24,640 bases of DNA from a virus (Duplodnaviria > Caudoviricetes), in the IMG/VR virus record IMGVR_UViG_3300035235_001285, positions 1 to 24,640 of that record. One strand, given 5' to 3'. Shown here one piece after another: positions 23,714-24,640 of the stretch. Position 1 is the stretch's first letter; every line of letters starts with the position of its first letter. The notes under the pieces are model-generated. The model ran no database searches. It was not told where the DNA came from and saw only the letters and a list, made by a program, of their open reading frames with translations. The translations under genes and the position numbers were made by a program.

Positions 23714-24640
23714 GGTAATGGTATCTCTATAATATTAAAAGTAAACTGTTCTTTTGTGTATATCTTAATTCGTTCTGCTGCGTGTAATAATGTATAATTC
23801 TTAGAGCTCTTCCAATGTAAGTCATCTGCTATATCATATAGTATAGTACTTTTACCGTTATCGCTCTTTCTCAATCCTCGTCCAATTGACTGTAAAACTT
23901 TGATCTGACTCTTTGAAGGTGAAGCAAAGATAATATTGTGTAGATTCCTAATATTAATACCAGTACTAAAAGTACCCAGAGATGCGACAATGATAGCATT
24001 TTTCTGTTCCTCTGTTATCTTACGAATATGTTCTCTAGTATCTGTATCTGTTTCGCCTGATACATAAAAGATCTTTCTTCTCTTATGTGCTTTCTTAAGT
24101 ATCATATCATATAATGGCTTACCATGTTTTTCTACAAACTGGAATAAAACAAGTGTATTACCATCTTGATCTAAAGCCAAATTAGATATAAAGTTATTAC
24201 GATTTTCGTATCTTACAATCCAATCAATCTCGTCTTGATACTTATATTTATTCACTACTTTACAGTGCTCGTCGCTATATTTCAGTAATAATACTTTAAT
24301 ATCTAACTGTGCTAAGTCATTATTATCCATAAGAGTTTTAGTTGTAGTAACATAAAACGCTGGACCAAACAGCCCTTCTAAAACAAGCTTATGTGTTTGT
24401 GTTCCATCTAAAGTACCTGTTGTTCCAAATCTGTACTCAGCATCTCGCATTTTAGTAAGAATACTAGTAAGTGATTTAGCTTTAAAGTTATGTGCTTCAT
24501 CTCCAAACACAGCGCCATATTGAGAAAACCAAGTCCCTGGAAGTTTGTAAATTGATTGCCATGTAGATATAATAACTCTTGCAGGATTATTATGCTTTGG
24601 TGCACCAGAATATATTCTTTGACATATTGATTCTTCAAAC
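23710..24640 (-). CDS. uvsW: UvsW SF2 helicase (5'-truncated by the window edge)
   Basis: Frame open to the window end: ISTWQSIY, DEAH, TTGT, GTFSTGINIRNL, QSIGRGLR. Confidence 0.95.
   Translation of the reverse strand, partial: FEESICQRIYSGAPKHNNPARVIISTWQSIYKLPGTWFSQYGAVFGDEAHNFKAKSLTSILTKMRDAEYRFGTTGTLDGTQTHKLVLEGLFGPAFYVTTTKTLMDNNDLAQLDIKVLLLKYSDEHCKVVNKYKYQDEIDWIVRYENRNNFISNLALDQDGNTLVLFQFVEKHGKPLYDMILKKAHKRRKIFYVSGETDTDTREHIRKITEEQKNAIIVASLGTFSTGINIRNLHNIIFASPSKSQIKVLQSIGRGLRKSDNGKSTILYDIADDLHWKSSKNYTLLHAAERIKIYTKEQFTFNIIEIPLP

Noticed and set aside
5447-24638. Alternative-frame minus-strand ORFs (5447-5812, 7276-7536, 8680-8925, 11985-12218, 24408-24638)
   Set aside because: Fully nested in conserved genes, with Leu-rich off-frame composition. 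UvsW is open in its own frame, so no frameshift is needed.
1-24640. CRISPR array, integrase/att site or stop-codon reassignment
   Set aside because: The only dispersed repeats are promoters, there is no integrase, and all three stop codons end conserved genes at expected positions.

Overview
Segment of a large T4-like (marine-type) myophage genome with almost all genes on the minus strand. It carries the conserved replication block uvsW - gp55 - gp47 - gp46 - thyX - vWA/peptidase - tRNA-Arg - MoxR/CobS ATPase - gp45 - gp44 - gp62 - regA - hsp20 - gp43. Downstream of gp43, where T4 has gene 42 and beta-glucosyltransferase, lies a DNA base-modification island. It encodes a MazG-like NTP pyrophosphatase, an AEP-like primase, a DenB/endonuclease IV homologue (dC-specific nuclease), a dATP/dGTP-diphosphohydrolase-family protein, a T4 gp42-like dCMP hydroxymethylase, dCMP deaminase, myo-inositol-1-phosphate synthase, a HAD phosphatase and an aGPT-Pplase (amino acid:DNA transferase)-like protein. 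Main hypothesis: the phage makes 5hmC DNA and hypermodifies it with an inositol-type group instead of glucose. Other notable signals are a three-way-junction RNA structure inside gp42, a tRNA that contains the stop codon of the upstream gene, a family of TTTACA-N17-TATAAT promoters (one antisense with a G-rich leader), and a ROSE-like thermometer before hsp20. Family assignments come from recalled motifs, not database searches.
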